64,000 nt of DNA, taken from positions 7,192,001 through 7,256,000 of the forward strand of contig CM022672.1 of the NCBI GenBank assembly GCA_012295275.1, written 5' to 3'. Below the pieces are notes generated by a model. That model was not told where the DNA came from, did no database searches, and was given only the letters and a program-made list of their open reading frames with translations. Positions 13,588 to 55,598 of this stretch are shown here, in pieces. The stretch comes from Chrysomallon squamiferum. Taxonomy: Eukaryota > Animalia > Mollusca. The translations under genes and the position numbers were made by a program. Position 1 is the stretch's first letter, and each line of letters starts with the position of its first letter.

Positions 13588-14883
13588 CTTTGAGCTACAG
13601 TAAGTATCACGAGCCACTGCCAGTCAGGTTACTGTTTTGACACGGGGAAATAAACAATGCTACACACAGTTATCAACATACCACCTGTCTCAACTTGTAC
13701 ACCTCACCGAATGATCCACTAACTTTATTATCTACATTTCTACAATGTACTAAGAATTAAAAGTGACAGAAATCAAAAAAATATGTTACATACTTAGAGA
13801 ATATATTTTCATTCTGAGATGGAAAAGAAAGGAGACAAAAACAGGAAGGGGTGTTGGAGAATATTTCAGTACTGGGTTTACAGATTGTGTAATGTGAAGT
13901 ATAAAAAAAAAAAATATATATATATATATATACCCAAACTTACTAGATAAATAAAAAAAAAAAAAATATAAAAAACAACAAAAAAAAAAAAATGCCCTGC
14001 AACTTCTGTGGAAAACACAGAATTTAAAATAAATAAATAAATAAATAAATAAAAATAATAAATCTATCCAAATTTAAGTGGGAAGGGACATCTGTATCTT
14101 TTAAGTTGCCAAAATGTTGTTTCACAAAAGCACTGAATTCATAAGATTAAATTTATTAACACTTTAATTCTGTTGCTACAAATATAGATTATAATATTTT
14201 AGATTTCTAAATTACAATGTGATACATTTGTTTTAAAAATGATGAAATGCTTCACAACAGAATCATTAACATCACTAACAAATCACTTGTTATATTTAAC
14301 TTGTTTTCATTTCTAAAACCATTGCTAAATAGAACTAAAATTTAAATTTCACACATACAGACTAGAAATATCAATTGCTTAATATTACATTCATAATCAA
14401 AAACTGGCACTCAGTATAGGAAATATGTAGAATTTACTATTTACCATGTCAATTTTAATCAAAGGATAATACAAGCATTTCAACAAATTTGTGGGTTTTT
14501 GTTTTCAAATCAGTGTTAAAACTGGATGCTCTGACATAATTCACAAGTGTTTTGAAAGTGGAAATTCTGTATCTTGTGCAAATAAGAAATCCTTTAATGA
14601 CTAGTTAATCTCAACTATGTGGTTGCTAAAAATGTATAATAATAATAATAATAAAAAAGTAATAATAATAATAATAATAATAATAGTAATAATAATAATA
14701 ATAATAATAAAATTAAACTAAAATTCATTATGAATCTGCAGAAAAAGAAATACTGTTGCACATTTGCAAAAATAATAATAATAAAAATAATAATAAAAGC
14801 AAAACCTCACGAAAATATTTAAACTGGAAATAATCTATGGGCCAATAAGAATACCTGATCAGTTCTTAATATACATAGAAATA

Positions 14884-14917
<34 letters not shown>

Positions 14918-16187
14918 TGTGTGTTTAAAAAAAAACAGAGAGAAAGAAACCTTACTTCTAATAACCAAATTAATTTACAGAAATCTCATCATTGAAAAAA
15001 CCTGAACAGTCATGATTAATAATTGCATTTGTCATACAATAATTTACAGATTTTTGTTCCAGTTCCAGTAGACACTATTATAAAATCCATCATGATTTGA
15101 GCGAATATGGTAATAATGTTAGATGGCAGACATAAATGAGAAATGCATTATGTTAATAATAAAATCCTGATCAATTACAAATGTTTAGATAAATTTTATT
15201 TTTTCATCCAATCAAAAACAGGTCACTAAAATAAAAAAATCATTTTGTTATTAAAAAACCCCGATGAATTTAAGAATTATCGTGTGTGTGCATGTGTGTC
15301 TAAAATATTATGGTTTATGAAATGCAGTCTTCCATGAGGTGGGTTGAGCAGATGTGTTTAATGCTATGTAAGAAACTACCAGTTAAATAATGTAGTTAAT
15401 AATAGTTCTTAAAAGTAGTGATAATTATGCATCGGTAGGGAACCAGCCTTGACCGAGCAGCAACTTAATTTCGTCAACAAAGATTACTCCCCAGTATCCT
15501 CCTGAACAAAGGGAAACCACTCCTGAGCAAAGGAGAAAATTTGAGTGAAATGTTTCCATGGAATCCAATTAATACTGGTTGCGTCTGGTTGAAGCAAATT
15601 TCCTGCAGTGCTTCAACCAATAGAACCAAGTCCACATGATTCTGTTTCTCTTGAAACTATGCCCTTGACTGAGGTAGCGCTGCATGAGATACATAGGTAC
15701 AACATTGATGTTCATACCTCAAATAAATCTAAATATCGGCCACAAACACAAAAATCTGCAAAAAAAACAAATGTCACATCAAATGCGACGCTCAAATGAC
15801 TTAATAATTATTTTTTTCTTTAAATAATGCACCAACATGTAATAGTCATTTGGCAAGCAGATGCATATATAAATTTTAATGTTATCTATCAATATATATT
15901 TAATGTTTTGTCATCGTTCGGTGTTAACGAAAGTGAACAATTTCATAGAACACTAGTGGCTATTTGTCATATACACAGTCTAATGCATCCATCTGTCTTG
16001 GTGTGTTTGGTAATATGAAACATGATTGGTCAGACACAAACAACTGCACAACTGATGGAGGTGTGGGTATGTCTGCTGATGTTGTGACTTTGGGCAGATT
16101 TAACTATCACATTCTCACACTAAACTATGTTGCTGAAATATGGTCTCCATTAGCAGCAATAAATGGGCATAACCATGGATTTTCTTC

Positions 16188-16208
16188 TTATGAGTTTTGT
16201 TCTTGTCT
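16188..16208 (-). CDS. Candidate GRK terminal coding exon (RQEQNS*)
   Basis: Strong acceptor TGTTTTCTGTTTTGTGTTTTCCAG followed in phase 0 by AGA CAA GAA CAA AAC TCA TAA. Confidence 0.45.
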   Translation of the reverse strand, partial: RQEQNS

Positions 16209-17996
16209 CTGGAAAACACAAAACAGAAAACATTTGTTACAAAGCATTCAGCACTGATACTTTAAATACAATTACAGTGAAAACTGGGAAAAAAAATTAA
16301 TTATCCATTTATAAATGTAGTAATTACAATAACAACATGACATCATAGACTTGAATCTTGTGAGTTTTTTCTTTATTTTTATGAAAATAAAATATGAATA
16401 AAACTCATGAATGTTTTATAGAAATACTCAAAGAATCTGTTTTTGACCAGTTTCCACTGTATATAAACATTTGGATGGATTGATGTGTTTGCATTCACAC
16501 ACACAGACACACACACACAGTCACACACACACACACACACACACAGAGAGAGAAATGAATTACTGATATATTAAAAGATGAAAACTGATCTACAAGAAAG
16601 ATTAAATAGAGAAAAATACCTCCTAGAAAAATGAAAATGTATTTTAAATAAAAGCATGTGAAACTTCGTATTACCGTGAAATTGAGAATAAAATACAAAT
16701 ACAACTGCAGCACAAAAAAAAAAAAAAAAAAAAAGATGAATAACATACACACAAAAAGCCAAAATTAAACTGACAAAAACAGAAAAAGAAAAAAATAAGT
16801 TTTAAAATGTTTGTGAATTATTCAATTGTCTTTAGCAGATAAATAAATAGTAAAAAAAACCACTAAACAAAACAGTAAGTTGAATTAAAAAAAAGAAAAA
16901 AAAGAAATAAATAAATGTGGAATTATCTGATATTATATTATAATATATATGTAATTAAAAAGAAACCATTTTTTAAGCAGCAAGATCTTTATGAAATACA
17001 AAATGATACATGTAGTTATTAACATTTGAAGAAATTTATTTTAAAGTTCATCTAGTTTTAAATATAAATAAAAAAACTGCAATAATATAATAAATACTGA
17101 ATATAAAATTAATACAAGAAATAAATATACAAGATTATTTTGTTATGATCAATCAGATATAAATGGGATACAGTAATTCCATAACTCAGAATCTTAATAT
17201 TTGTAAATAAAGAGCATTTGAAGAACTGATTACAGTTTTAAGCAATAAGGGTAGCTCAAGGGTTGTGTTTAGTTTAATCAGAAAGTAACAAAGTATTTCA
17301 AATATAAGTACATTCAGAATAAAAACAAATACGTCCATACAGAGAGAAACAACAAAATAAAGAATAAATAGAAGAGAGCCACTAGTTGTGCAAAGACATT
17401 TCCGAAAACAGAAAACATATTTATAAACTGAAAATAAAAAACAGCTGTTTTTAGAGCATTGAGGAGAAAGAGTCAAAAGAGAAGTAGTAGAAAATCCTGA
17501 TAAAGTGACTAGCTTATGTAGATGTGCACAGTCTGACAAGCATTAAATCAGTACAGATTTCATTAACTGCTATCTGTTTTTTTCTTTTTAGATATATTTT
17601 TTTAACAGCTCCAGTGATAAAACTGCTTCCAGTTAACAAGCATTACTTTAGTAAATACTCGATCATTTTTAGCCATTATTTTAAAATGAAAAGAGGAATA
17701 AAAAAAATTAAACAAAAAAATAAATAAATAAAAGAAAGAAAAAGAAAACAAGAAATATAAAAAAACTGATTGAAAACTTACATAAAACAAGTAGTAACAT
17801 TGAATAGACATTTTTTTAATATGAAAAATTCAGTTTGATGTACCCTAGCCACTTAATTTATTAAAATAACATATCGTTCTTCTTTATATTTAATATATAT
17901 ATGAGTGTGTGTGTGTGTGTAAATGGAAATGGAAATGTTTGTAGGTAACATCATGATTCACCACATTTTACGCTACATTTTAACCTCTACCATTAC

Positions 17997-18020
17997 CTCT
18001 CTTTGTCCTCTACTAAACTG
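17997..18020 (-). CDS. Candidate GRK microexon (24 or 21 nt; QFSRGQRE)
   Basis: TTGTTCTTCCTGATAG|CAG|TTTAGTAGAGGACAAAGAGAG|GTAATG; phase 0-0, NAGNAG acceptor. Confidence 0.4.
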
Positions 18021-18947
18021 CTATCAGGAAGAACAATCAGTTTGATTGTGATCCCCACAGAGGATTAAAAAATACCAGTATTTAAAACCAAATCCTTAAT
18101 TATTAAAATTTAAGATTTTTAAAATAATTTATTTGACACTGTTTTTTTTTTTTTTTTAAAGGTGTTATTGTGGTGATCATTCATGTACTTTTTTTAATTA
18201 AAATGTCTTCTGAAAAGAAAACAAACCCAAATATGTCTTTCATTAAGTATCTGTATCATATAATAACAGTTTAGGTACCTTTATTTATACTGCTTGCACA
18301 TTTCTTCTGATTAAAACAAATTAGAATTTAAGAAATAAAAAAGATGAAACACTAAATAAATTATAATAAAATTCCATACTATTCCAACAGTTTTATAGCT
18401 GAAACTTGTTTTTAGGTTTAATTTCTTAAAAAATATCTGTATTTTATATAGAAATAAATAATAATTTTTTGTTATTATTACATATTTAATTTGTAAAGTT
18501 ATTTACGTCAAATGTTTAAATTCTAAATTAAAATATAAGGCAGCTAATAAATTATTAATACATAAAAAGCAAATGTGCAAAGTTACTGTCACTCTTTTTG
18601 AAATCAGCACAGTGGCTGCTTTCAGACAGAAATGTATCTAGCAGTAGAAATTGTGGAATTTAGTTATTTATGAAAAAAGCTAGTTGACGCAATCTGTAGT
18701 AAAGTGGTTAGTAGACAGAAATTTTCTTATGAGCTTCATGAAAAACCCAGAACAAAAAGAATATTTAGTTATCTAAAAAATAAAGTTCCCCAGCACATAC
18801 ATAAACTCTAAACAAATGAACATTAACTTCCCCTGTTGTTACTAAATTACCTTCCTCAAAAGGGTAAAAATCAATGTACAGATCTCTCTGAAATTTTACA
18901 GCACAGTTCTGCAGTTGGCGTCATTTTACCAGGATTTTTCTACACTG

Positions 18948-37583
<18,636 letters not shown>

Positions 37584-37676
37584 CTATTCTGCCAAATATA
37601 AATGGGCAACAATAAGGGTCGTTACTTGACCCAAATTGAGACCTCGGTTATTTACACACACTCCTATTCTATATAC

Positions 37677-37790
37677 CTGGGTGTGGTAAATGAACCAATA
37701 TGGCTGCCTTTGTAAAGATGCGGAGCAAAGAGCAGCTGCGTTTTGATTGGTCAAAATCTGAAGTTCCGAGGTTGATTCCTAGAGAACCTT
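37677..37790 (-). promoter_or_regulatory. Candidate GRK proximal promoter and 5'UTR exon
   Basis: CCAAT on the minus strand at ~37746, GC-elevated, donor CAG|GTATAT at 37676 pairing with acceptor TTTGGCAG at 37589, 5 nt before the ATG. Confidence 0.45.
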
Positions 37791-38369
37791 GGAAATAACC
37801 ATTTTGACAGATAACAATCTGACAGCTTATTATTTTAGAAAACAATTTTCATACAGTTGCGTGATTAATTAATTGCTTTATTTGTGTATATGATGTTATT
37901 GGCTCCTGACTAGTTCAGTTATATATTCAGTTTCGAAAAATTATAAAATAAAAACAACACACTGTACATCTACTAAATAAATAATAAATTTGTTAATAAT
38001 TGTGCTTCAAAACATTGTGGCTTGTGTAGTGCTTAAAAACATCTGCATAAAATTTTCCAGGTGGGAAGAAAACGTGTTGACATATAATAAAATGTATACA
38101 TGATAAAACAGACGAGATAACACAAAAATTATTAATGTAAAAATATACAAATAACTACTTCAAAAATCCAAAATCCAAAATGTCACAGGACCTTATCTAG
38201 TTTGGTCTTTCCTCAATGCTCCTCGTTGTGACGCTTAAATATAAAATATTACTTTAATTTTTTTTCTATTATTTAATTTAATTTAATTTAATTTAATTTT
38301 ATTTTATTTTATTTTATTTTATTTATTTATTTTCATATGCTCAGTTTGTAATTAATAAGTAACAAATAG

Positions 38370-38372
<3 letters not shown>

Positions 38373-38438
<66 letters not shown>
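38373..38438. repeat. (CT)n microsatellite
   Basis: Direct reading. Confidence 0.95.
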
Positions 38439-38441
<3 letters not shown>

Positions 38442-41099
38442 GTTATCCTACTGTAGCCTTGTCCCCAAATTCCTACTAATAATAACAGCGAATTAATATT
38501 TAGCAATAGATCATTCCTAATGTAGTATGTTTCTGCAACTGTAAATGAACAATACGGTTTTTAAATTAATACTGAATATATAAACACCGTGTAGGTTATT
38601 CGCCCAATTTGATGCCACACATGAAATAATATCGTGCGGACATAAAGGGCAAATCGCGAGATTAATAATGTATGAAATACATACTCTGTAACAGACGATC
38701 AGTAGTATTTGATATCGCTATATAATAGTTATGTATATAATTAAAAGAGTTTTTCTTTTTTTCAGGTTTTCTTCGATATTTTTGTAATCCATCTAAAAAG
38801 AAAAGAATAACAACAACATTAATTAAATTAAAAACATTTCAGTGAACAAAATAAATAAATAAATAAATAAATAAGTAAATAAATAAAATAACTTATGACA
38901 AATTTAGTTACTTCTCCATCCCCACCAACTCAAGCTATTAACATGGAAACTTTCCCCCTTTTTGATTCGATACTATAAGTTAAATACTATGAAACTCTAT
39001 AAAGAACAAATATTTTAATAATTAATTTTGAAATATAAATTATAACTATATATATAATTAAGTATAATTTGTCTATTTAATGACATTTTTTCTGACGAAA
39101 TTATGCAGTTTACTTTATACTGACAAATCTTTTTTTTCTATTTCGTTGATACAGCGAAAACTGAAATAATTTCTTAGCATATAAATTTGTATTTATATGT
39201 CTGTTTCTCCAATCGAATCATACGATTTAGATTGTTCTAAACAATTTTATCTTCTGTACGTTTAAATTAATATGTCAGCAGTGAAGAGAAATACAAAGAC
39301 GAAAATGGTTGAATTACGCAGAAAATAGCTACGATAACTCTGTTTCGAATAAACTGACCAAGAGTTATTCTTCCTCCCTTCCACCCCATGTCTACTTTAG
39401 ATCAATAAAGTGTAATGCTGTATTATTCACTGAAGCTTAGTTGTAGCGTAACTGTAGTCGGTTTTTCGAATATTTTATGTTAGGAAGCAGAGTTATTTCT
39501 CGTTACTCGTAGTTTTTGATAAAAATATACAGCATATATAAAATGTTACCTTATATAATTATTAATGACAACGTTGAAAAACGTAGAAAAAACATAAAAA
39601 ATAAACGAATAGAGAAAAACGGGCTTTATCTAAAAGTAATAACAAGAAGAAGAAATCCATTCGTTTTATGAAATGATCAATGCTGATTTAATTCCCTTAA
39701 TAGAGAATATCAGACGTATAATTTCTTCTACAAGGGAATCGAGACAGCCATAGACGCTCTACACTTCAATGATATGAAGATGAGTATGGTCCTATGTAAA
39801 TCGACAAACTGTAAACGTTAAAATACATTTTATCCAGAGTTACCGTCCTTACAAAACTGATATGCTAAAAATACACAGTTATTATATTGTCATCATTGTC
39901 AGTATATCAGGTAAAAAATTTCCATTAATTTCACTTCACATTTTAAATGAGTTCGATTCAAATATTTTAAAATCAAATGATGATGATGATGATGATGATG
40001 ATAATATTATTATTATTATTTTATTTTAAAATTTTAATTAATTACTTTATTTAATTATTTATTTATTTATATTTGTTTGTGGCCATAGAAAAATATCAAA
40101 TATCAGAACCTTTTATCCTACATTTTGCTCGTTCTATTATAAATGCACTTACATGAATGACCGAAATGAAAAGGCAAATATTAATAATAATTAATACTCA
40201 TAATTAAACCCACATTGATTTTCCCGTCATTGAAATTAAATGGTCCTCAGTCTAAAGCTGGCCACAAACAATTTTAGATAACAATACCTAAATCGTATTA
40301 AGTTATTTACGCAGTTAGTGTCAGAATGATATGTTGTCAGTTCTGGCGATGATTTGTAAACATTTCAAACATGCAGGCAATTTATAATATCAAAAAGAAA
40401 CGATGAACAATGCTTTTCCTTATGTTTCTATTTACTTCTTCATCTTGCTAGTGAACAATGGTGATTCTTTAAGATCCACCATTTCATCTGAACAAATCAA
40501 AGCAAAACGTAAGCACCATACTTAAGATTATTGAAATGAGGAATTGTTTTAATGAGACAGAAACTCGGGCATTGGGCCGTTCGAACCTTCGCAGCATAAA
40601 GCTGGGCTCTTAAGATAGTAACCATTTATTTCTTTAATTTCGAAGTCTTAAGCAAAATAAATACTAAATGAAATTAAATGTTTTATTTCTCAAATCACCG
40701 CTATCGAGAGTAATAGATTCCTTGTACCCTTCAAAAACTATACACCAAAATAATTCTTATATAACAAGAATGTATTTTTCAAAATGGACTTGATGAACAA
40801 TGTGTGTGTGTGTTTTTACTGAAGTAAATATATTTCCGCCTCTAAAAGCTATATATAGAACATTTTTTAGTCATCTTAACTCGTGAAAACATGCAGAGAC
40901 TGCAGTATTTATAACTATGTATAATATATATATATATTTTAATTATTAAAATAAGACTCTCTATTAATTTTACCAACAGAGTGCAGCTATTTTACCTCTG
41001 CTAAATGATATTAAAATGGCTTATATTGTTCTCTAAACACAATCAAACGTACTAACTGTTGACTATCAAATTACAACAAAGCTTAATTCAACAAAAACC

Positions 41100-41884
41100 C
41101 ACGAATCTCAGCAGTTCACGTCATTTTTCGGACAATTTTCCAAATGACCCTTGCCCCTAATAACCAAAAGGGAGACACGGTTTTATTTACTCTTTTCTTT
41201 CAGCTTCTATCACCTCAAACAAAAATTGCCTGTTTTTCCCAACTCACCAAATAAACCTCTAACCTTGAGGTTTGAGTTGCGGGGGAACTGCCTTCCACAG
41301 ACGTGATCAAAGCGCGGACAAATACAAAATGGCGCAGCCTTAGTGTACTTGGTTCTCACAGCGCGTGACACTCTGACCACTTAACGTTTGGAAAAAAACC
41401 AAAACGGTTTGAGACCCATAAATATGATGTCATTGCCATGATGTATATTTGAACAGAAATATATTTATCATTATTAAATTATTCCAACAAAATTATAAAA
41501 TATAACCTAGATATCTCGCCATAAAAAAATATATATATATATATATTTCGTATTATAGCTGTCTCTTCGTGTTAGATTTTTCTTCTTTTTGTCATTATAA
41601 AAGTTTTCTAACAAATAGAGAGAAAAAATGTAAAATCTCAGTTATGATGACTGCCAGATCAATTAGATGGTTTGAAATACAACATATCCCAAAATTTTGT
41701 TTGTAATTATTGGTCATACCCGATTTAAATCTATTTACCTATCAGCAGCCATTATTTTAAATTCGAACTGTTAAAATGGTTCGAACACAATTTACCTGAT
41801 AATCAAAAACATATATTTGGATATAATATTTTTGGTTAAAACAAATCCTGAAAGTAGAATAGTATTAGTACTAGTAGAAATAGA

Positions 41885-41926
<42 letters not shown>

Positions 41927-42290
41927 GAAAATAAATACGAAACAATAAAACAAACTTGTTCGGAAAATAAAGAAAACTGGGAACGGTGATTATATTTTGC
42001 GACACAACTGCAGCAGTTCAGGTGGCGGGAATCAGTTCGTGAAGCCGGTCAAAGGTCAGCTGCTGTTTGTTTGAATAGATTGTTCCATTGAAGACACCTT
42101 CATCTAAGGTGGCTAACTTCCGGCCGCATTTCTGCGCTCTTCTTGAAATGACAGGTTGTCTTGAGTTCTGTACAATATCTCGATATAGAAAATAACTTAC
42201 GTTTTTACCTTTGCTTTCTTTTTGAAGGAAAAACTTTAAAAAAAAAATTTTATGGACTGAAGAGAGTTATTAATTTCTGTATATTAGGTA
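41100..42290. promoter_or_regulatory. CpG-retaining divergent promoter region between GRK and SEA gene
   Basis: YY1-like AAAATGGCG (~41327), minus-strand donor G|GTGAGT at 41247, plus-strand donor AG|GTAAGT at 42288. Confidence 0.4.
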
Positions 42291-42292
42291 AG

Positions 42293-42355
<63 letters not shown>

Positions 42356-43112
42356 TCACAATTTCTTCACGTGATTTAATTCATTTATTTTTTATCTTTG
42401 GTTCTTTCATGAATAGAATTATTTTAATTATTTTATTTTAGTTTTAGGTTTTTTTAAATTTAGTTTGTATTTTTTCATTTCTTCTTATAAAAATAAATTT
42501 TGTCTGTTATCTTTTTTAAAAAAAAAAAACGATATTATTAAATCTAGAGGAAATCTGAGAAACTGATTTACTTTTTCTTTAAACAGCGATTTTTTTTTTC
42601 CATTTAATTATCAGAAATATTTAGTGAGAACAAAAAGCAGATCATTATCTGCTTATTATTAGTTTTAATTTTATTAATTATATTATTTAATTCTAACAGA
42701 AGATAAAATATTAACTTAAATGGACCAGTATTAATCAACATTATGAGCAGGACTATAATTTGTAATTGACTATTAATTCCAAACAATTCCACTGAATGAA
42801 AAAGTGGAATAAATATGTCGCTATTGTATAACAACATTCCCAAACAAATAAACGCTTGATATGTTTCTTCCGGCTTCACGACAGAAGGTACAGATCATTC
42901 TTAATGTCATAATTGAAATATGCGAGGGTGGACTATTTTTCGATTAATTTTCTTGTTCTTCATGTTTGGTCTCAGTTATTAAGAATTATTTACTGTCCAG
43001 CTTTTATGATATGTAACAATATTAAAATTATGTAATTGTGCTTTTGGGGCATTTCTTTTTCTATCTTTCTTTCTTTCTTCATCTTCATCTTCTTCTTCTT
43101 TTTCTTCTTCTT

Positions 43113-43178
<66 letters not shown>

Positions 43179-43378
43179 TTGTATATAAACAGTAGAGCGA
43201 ACGATCTTTTTAAATTAAAACACAACAAACAAACACTAATTTAAAATAAACAGTCTGAAAAAAGAAAAATAATAAAAAGCAAATATAACATCCTAACCCC
43301 GTTCATAAAAATATAAAATATAAAAATCCAGCAAACTAAGAAACTAAGCCATAACACAGAAAGCAAAACCAAGACTGA

Positions 43379-43418
<40 letters not shown>

Positions 43419-43735
43419 GAACCCCGAACAAATAAAAAGCTTAATTACTTTTATTTGTTAATTTTTTGCTACTTTTTTTTCTTTAATAAGTGAAAAATTG
43501 AAACTAAAACTAATCAGTTTCAAATAAACGAGTTTCTCCAGCCGTGAAAAACTAAGCGTTTTTGTTTGTTTCGAAAGTCTGTTCAGTAGAACTGCAAACA
43601 CTGTTAAGTAGACGTCAGCTTCGTGTAAACCCAGGGAATTACATTGATTCACGCAGGTTGCTTCCAAATAACTGGCAGACAAACAACAAGGAAGCCATGG
43701 TGGCTCTGTGATTTCCAACTTTCACAGATCTCAAA

Positions 43736-52426
<8,691 letters not shown>

Positions 52427-52996
52427 AATCCGAGGTGTCCAATTTTGCCCGTACTTGACAAAAACGTAAGTTAGTTTAAAACGAGACAGAGATTTCCATG
52501 TTCTGAAATGTATTTTGTTAGAGTGTATAGGCACAACATCCGGTAGGAACATAGATTTAGCTCGGTAAGTTCGGAAGGTTTGTGTTTTTTTGTCCAGTAT
52601 TTTCAATATAAAAAGAAACCTTCTAGTGCTTTCATTTTTCAAATAGAATATCGAAATGTATTATGTCATAATAATTGGAAAGTTAAATGATTTTCATCAA
52701 AGTTCAGCTGGAAATAACGAAAATTCCACTAACACACTGTAACATTCATAATAAGAAATTTATTAATTTAAAACAAAAAATAAATATCTGAATTTATGAA
52801 AATTCGGAATATTCAGATTTTTTTTAAAAACTCTTCTAAGAGTAAAAATTATCTTCATACCTTGATATTATTCCAGCCATAATTTAGTATTAAATAACAA
52901 AGAGTAATAATACTTTTTAAAAAGCTAAAAAAATAATATTAATAATAATTAAAAAAAATAATAATAATAACAAAAAAAAAAAAAAAAAAAAAAAAA

Positions 52997-53035
<39 letters not shown>

Positions 53036-54120
53036 AATAAATAAATTAATTAATTAATTAATTAAAAAAATAAAAAAAATAATTAAATAAATAAATAAAT
53101 ATTTTGAAATCAAATATTTAACTACAAAATGGTAAATAGAAGACGATTTATAAAATATTTAGGTAACATATAAACATAATGTTATAAATATAGAACGCAG
53201 AATATCACTTCTCATGTCTTTTAATAAAGAGATCTACACACACACATTATATATATATAAATATATATATATCTATATAAACTTTAAAACTGAATGCACA
53301 CAAATGTATGCTGGAAGCACTGCGTAGAAAGAGGTACATAAAAAGACTGTGTATAAGTAAGTTTGATGAGATGACGCCTAGATCGACTGAATTTATCAAT
53401 AAAATTCATTGACCCCGTGAAAGAATTCAATACAATAAGATAACAAATGCTAGTTAGAACTCTTAATTGTGACTTTATTCTTTGTTGTACGTGAAATAAA
53501 TGTATGAATAAACGTTATTCACATTGACAAAGATAATAATCTTTCAACATTTAAAGAAAAATGGATTTAATGAAAATGTATTAATCCAAGGCATTTGGAT
53601 TTAAATATGCTGAATTTCATGAATAATTTGGTTTAATATATAATAAAATTCTGACTCTGGAATTGACTGAACGACAGGCTAAGAGAGAATCTTTTGATTA
53701 TGATTTGTTATTTTAAACTGTTAGAAAAAAAAAGCGTTTGACGTCTGAACAAACTTCATTTACAAAAAGTCTAACGTGTTTAATGGAATAAGGCGTTTGT
53801 AAAAAACAGAAGTAAAATATAAGATTTTTACCATCTGAACTGCTGAAACTGTACATTTTTGAACGAAGAATTTATTACTAATGCAAAATTGCTTTTGCTA
53901 ATTAAGTTTTATTTGTAAATAAGCAGCTATTACATTTTGATATATTTTCAAATACAGATGTTTTTTTCCAATTTATTTATCTTTTTGTTTGCCTTGTAAT
54001 AACAAAATACATGTATTACTAAAATCTTACTACTGCTAGATTAGCTGTTGTTTTTGCACTTTTAATAACTGATGCAACATGTTTTCTTTTGTGTAACTGT
54101 AGAATAATAATAATAATAAC

Positions 54121-54161
<41 letters not shown>

Positions 54162-54694
54162 TTATTATTATTATTATTATTAAATTATTATTATTATTAT
54201 TTTTTAAATTTTATATCTGCATAAATATAATTATTTGTTAATGTTTTGCAAAATTAATATTTCATATGTAAAAATCTTAGTTGTATGTTTGGGTTGGATG
54301 GTTATGTATCTGAGTGCCTTATTTCAGTTTAGCTTTAGTTTTTTATTTTAAATCAATATTAATTCACTTTTTTGCTAAAATGATACCTATACTTCTGCAA
54401 AGTGACATGAATTGTAATCATAGTTCTCGGAGTGCAAACTGATTGTATTTCATATAACTCCACATCGGAGATATTAAAGTGTCTGCATTTTACACAGCTT
54501 GTGTTAAATAACAATAGCATGATTACCTTTAAATCGATATCTCTTTTTAAAAGTCACTGAGTATATAAAACAATAAATAAAAAGTTTATAAAAGCTAAAG
54601 AATTTAAGTGTGTGTAGAATAAATAAGTTTATTTAGAAAAAAAAAAAAAAAACATTATGACTTTATTGATTTTTTTGAATGCTGAATCCATGCA

Positions 54695-54695
54695 C

Positions 54696-54771
<76 letters not shown>

Positions 54772-54783
54772 GTTATTATTATT
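54695..54783. repeat. (ATT)n microsatellite, one of many AAT/ATT arrays in the window
   Basis: Direct reading. Confidence 0.95.
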
Positions 54784-55598
54784 GATTTACTTGTGATGAA
54801 TATTGTCTGCCTTTCAGTCAATGATATTCTGTTAACAGAAAAGTGTGGAAAATAATTGATTTTAAGATAGTGATCTTTTGAAGTGAGTTAAATTGGTGTT
54901 ATTGAATGTACTTTACTGAACTGTTTGTTACTGAAATTTCTTTCTGTATTTGTGTATGACTGTTGTGTACATGACTACTTTGTAAATAACAGTGTCAAAC
55001 GTTATATTATAGTTTACTGTCATTGTACATCACTCTGTTGTGTTTACTGGTCTGTTTTATTGTACTGTATTATAAAACATCGCAGTAGTATGTTACTGTG
55101 TCGTCTGTTATTGTACTGTAAATTTTAGTATTGCATTGTAAAATATTTTACATTGAATACTGTTTTGGTGTTATTATTTTTTGTTTGCCTTACATATTTC
55201 TGTTCTGTGCATTATCGTCGAGTATTGCGCTTCTTAGTACATTCTGTGTAGTATTTGTATGTAATAAATGTATTGCCTGTAACTGGATTCTCTAGACAAA
55301 GTGCTAGTCTGTTTTCTAGGAACTTAGATTATGACAGTGATGTATGTGTAGGCTGGTAATTAAAATATTAAATGTAGTGCGATATATTAAAAACTTTATG
55401 TCCTGCGCCAGCTATTTTACTCAGGATATAACGTTTACAAAATATGAAAGCCCATTAATTATTTTGTGTATAAGACAGGACTTGCACTAAGAACACAGAA
55501 GCAGAAGCAGAAGCAGAAGCAGAGACACACACAAACACAAATACATACACAGACACACGTGTGTGTCTGTAACTGTGTGCGTATGCATGTACATATGT

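Noticed and set aside
40560-40610. GTTCGAACC B-box-like motif (also GTTCGAATT at ~5632)
   Set aside because: No A-box spacing or cloverleaf; not supportable as tRNA or SINE
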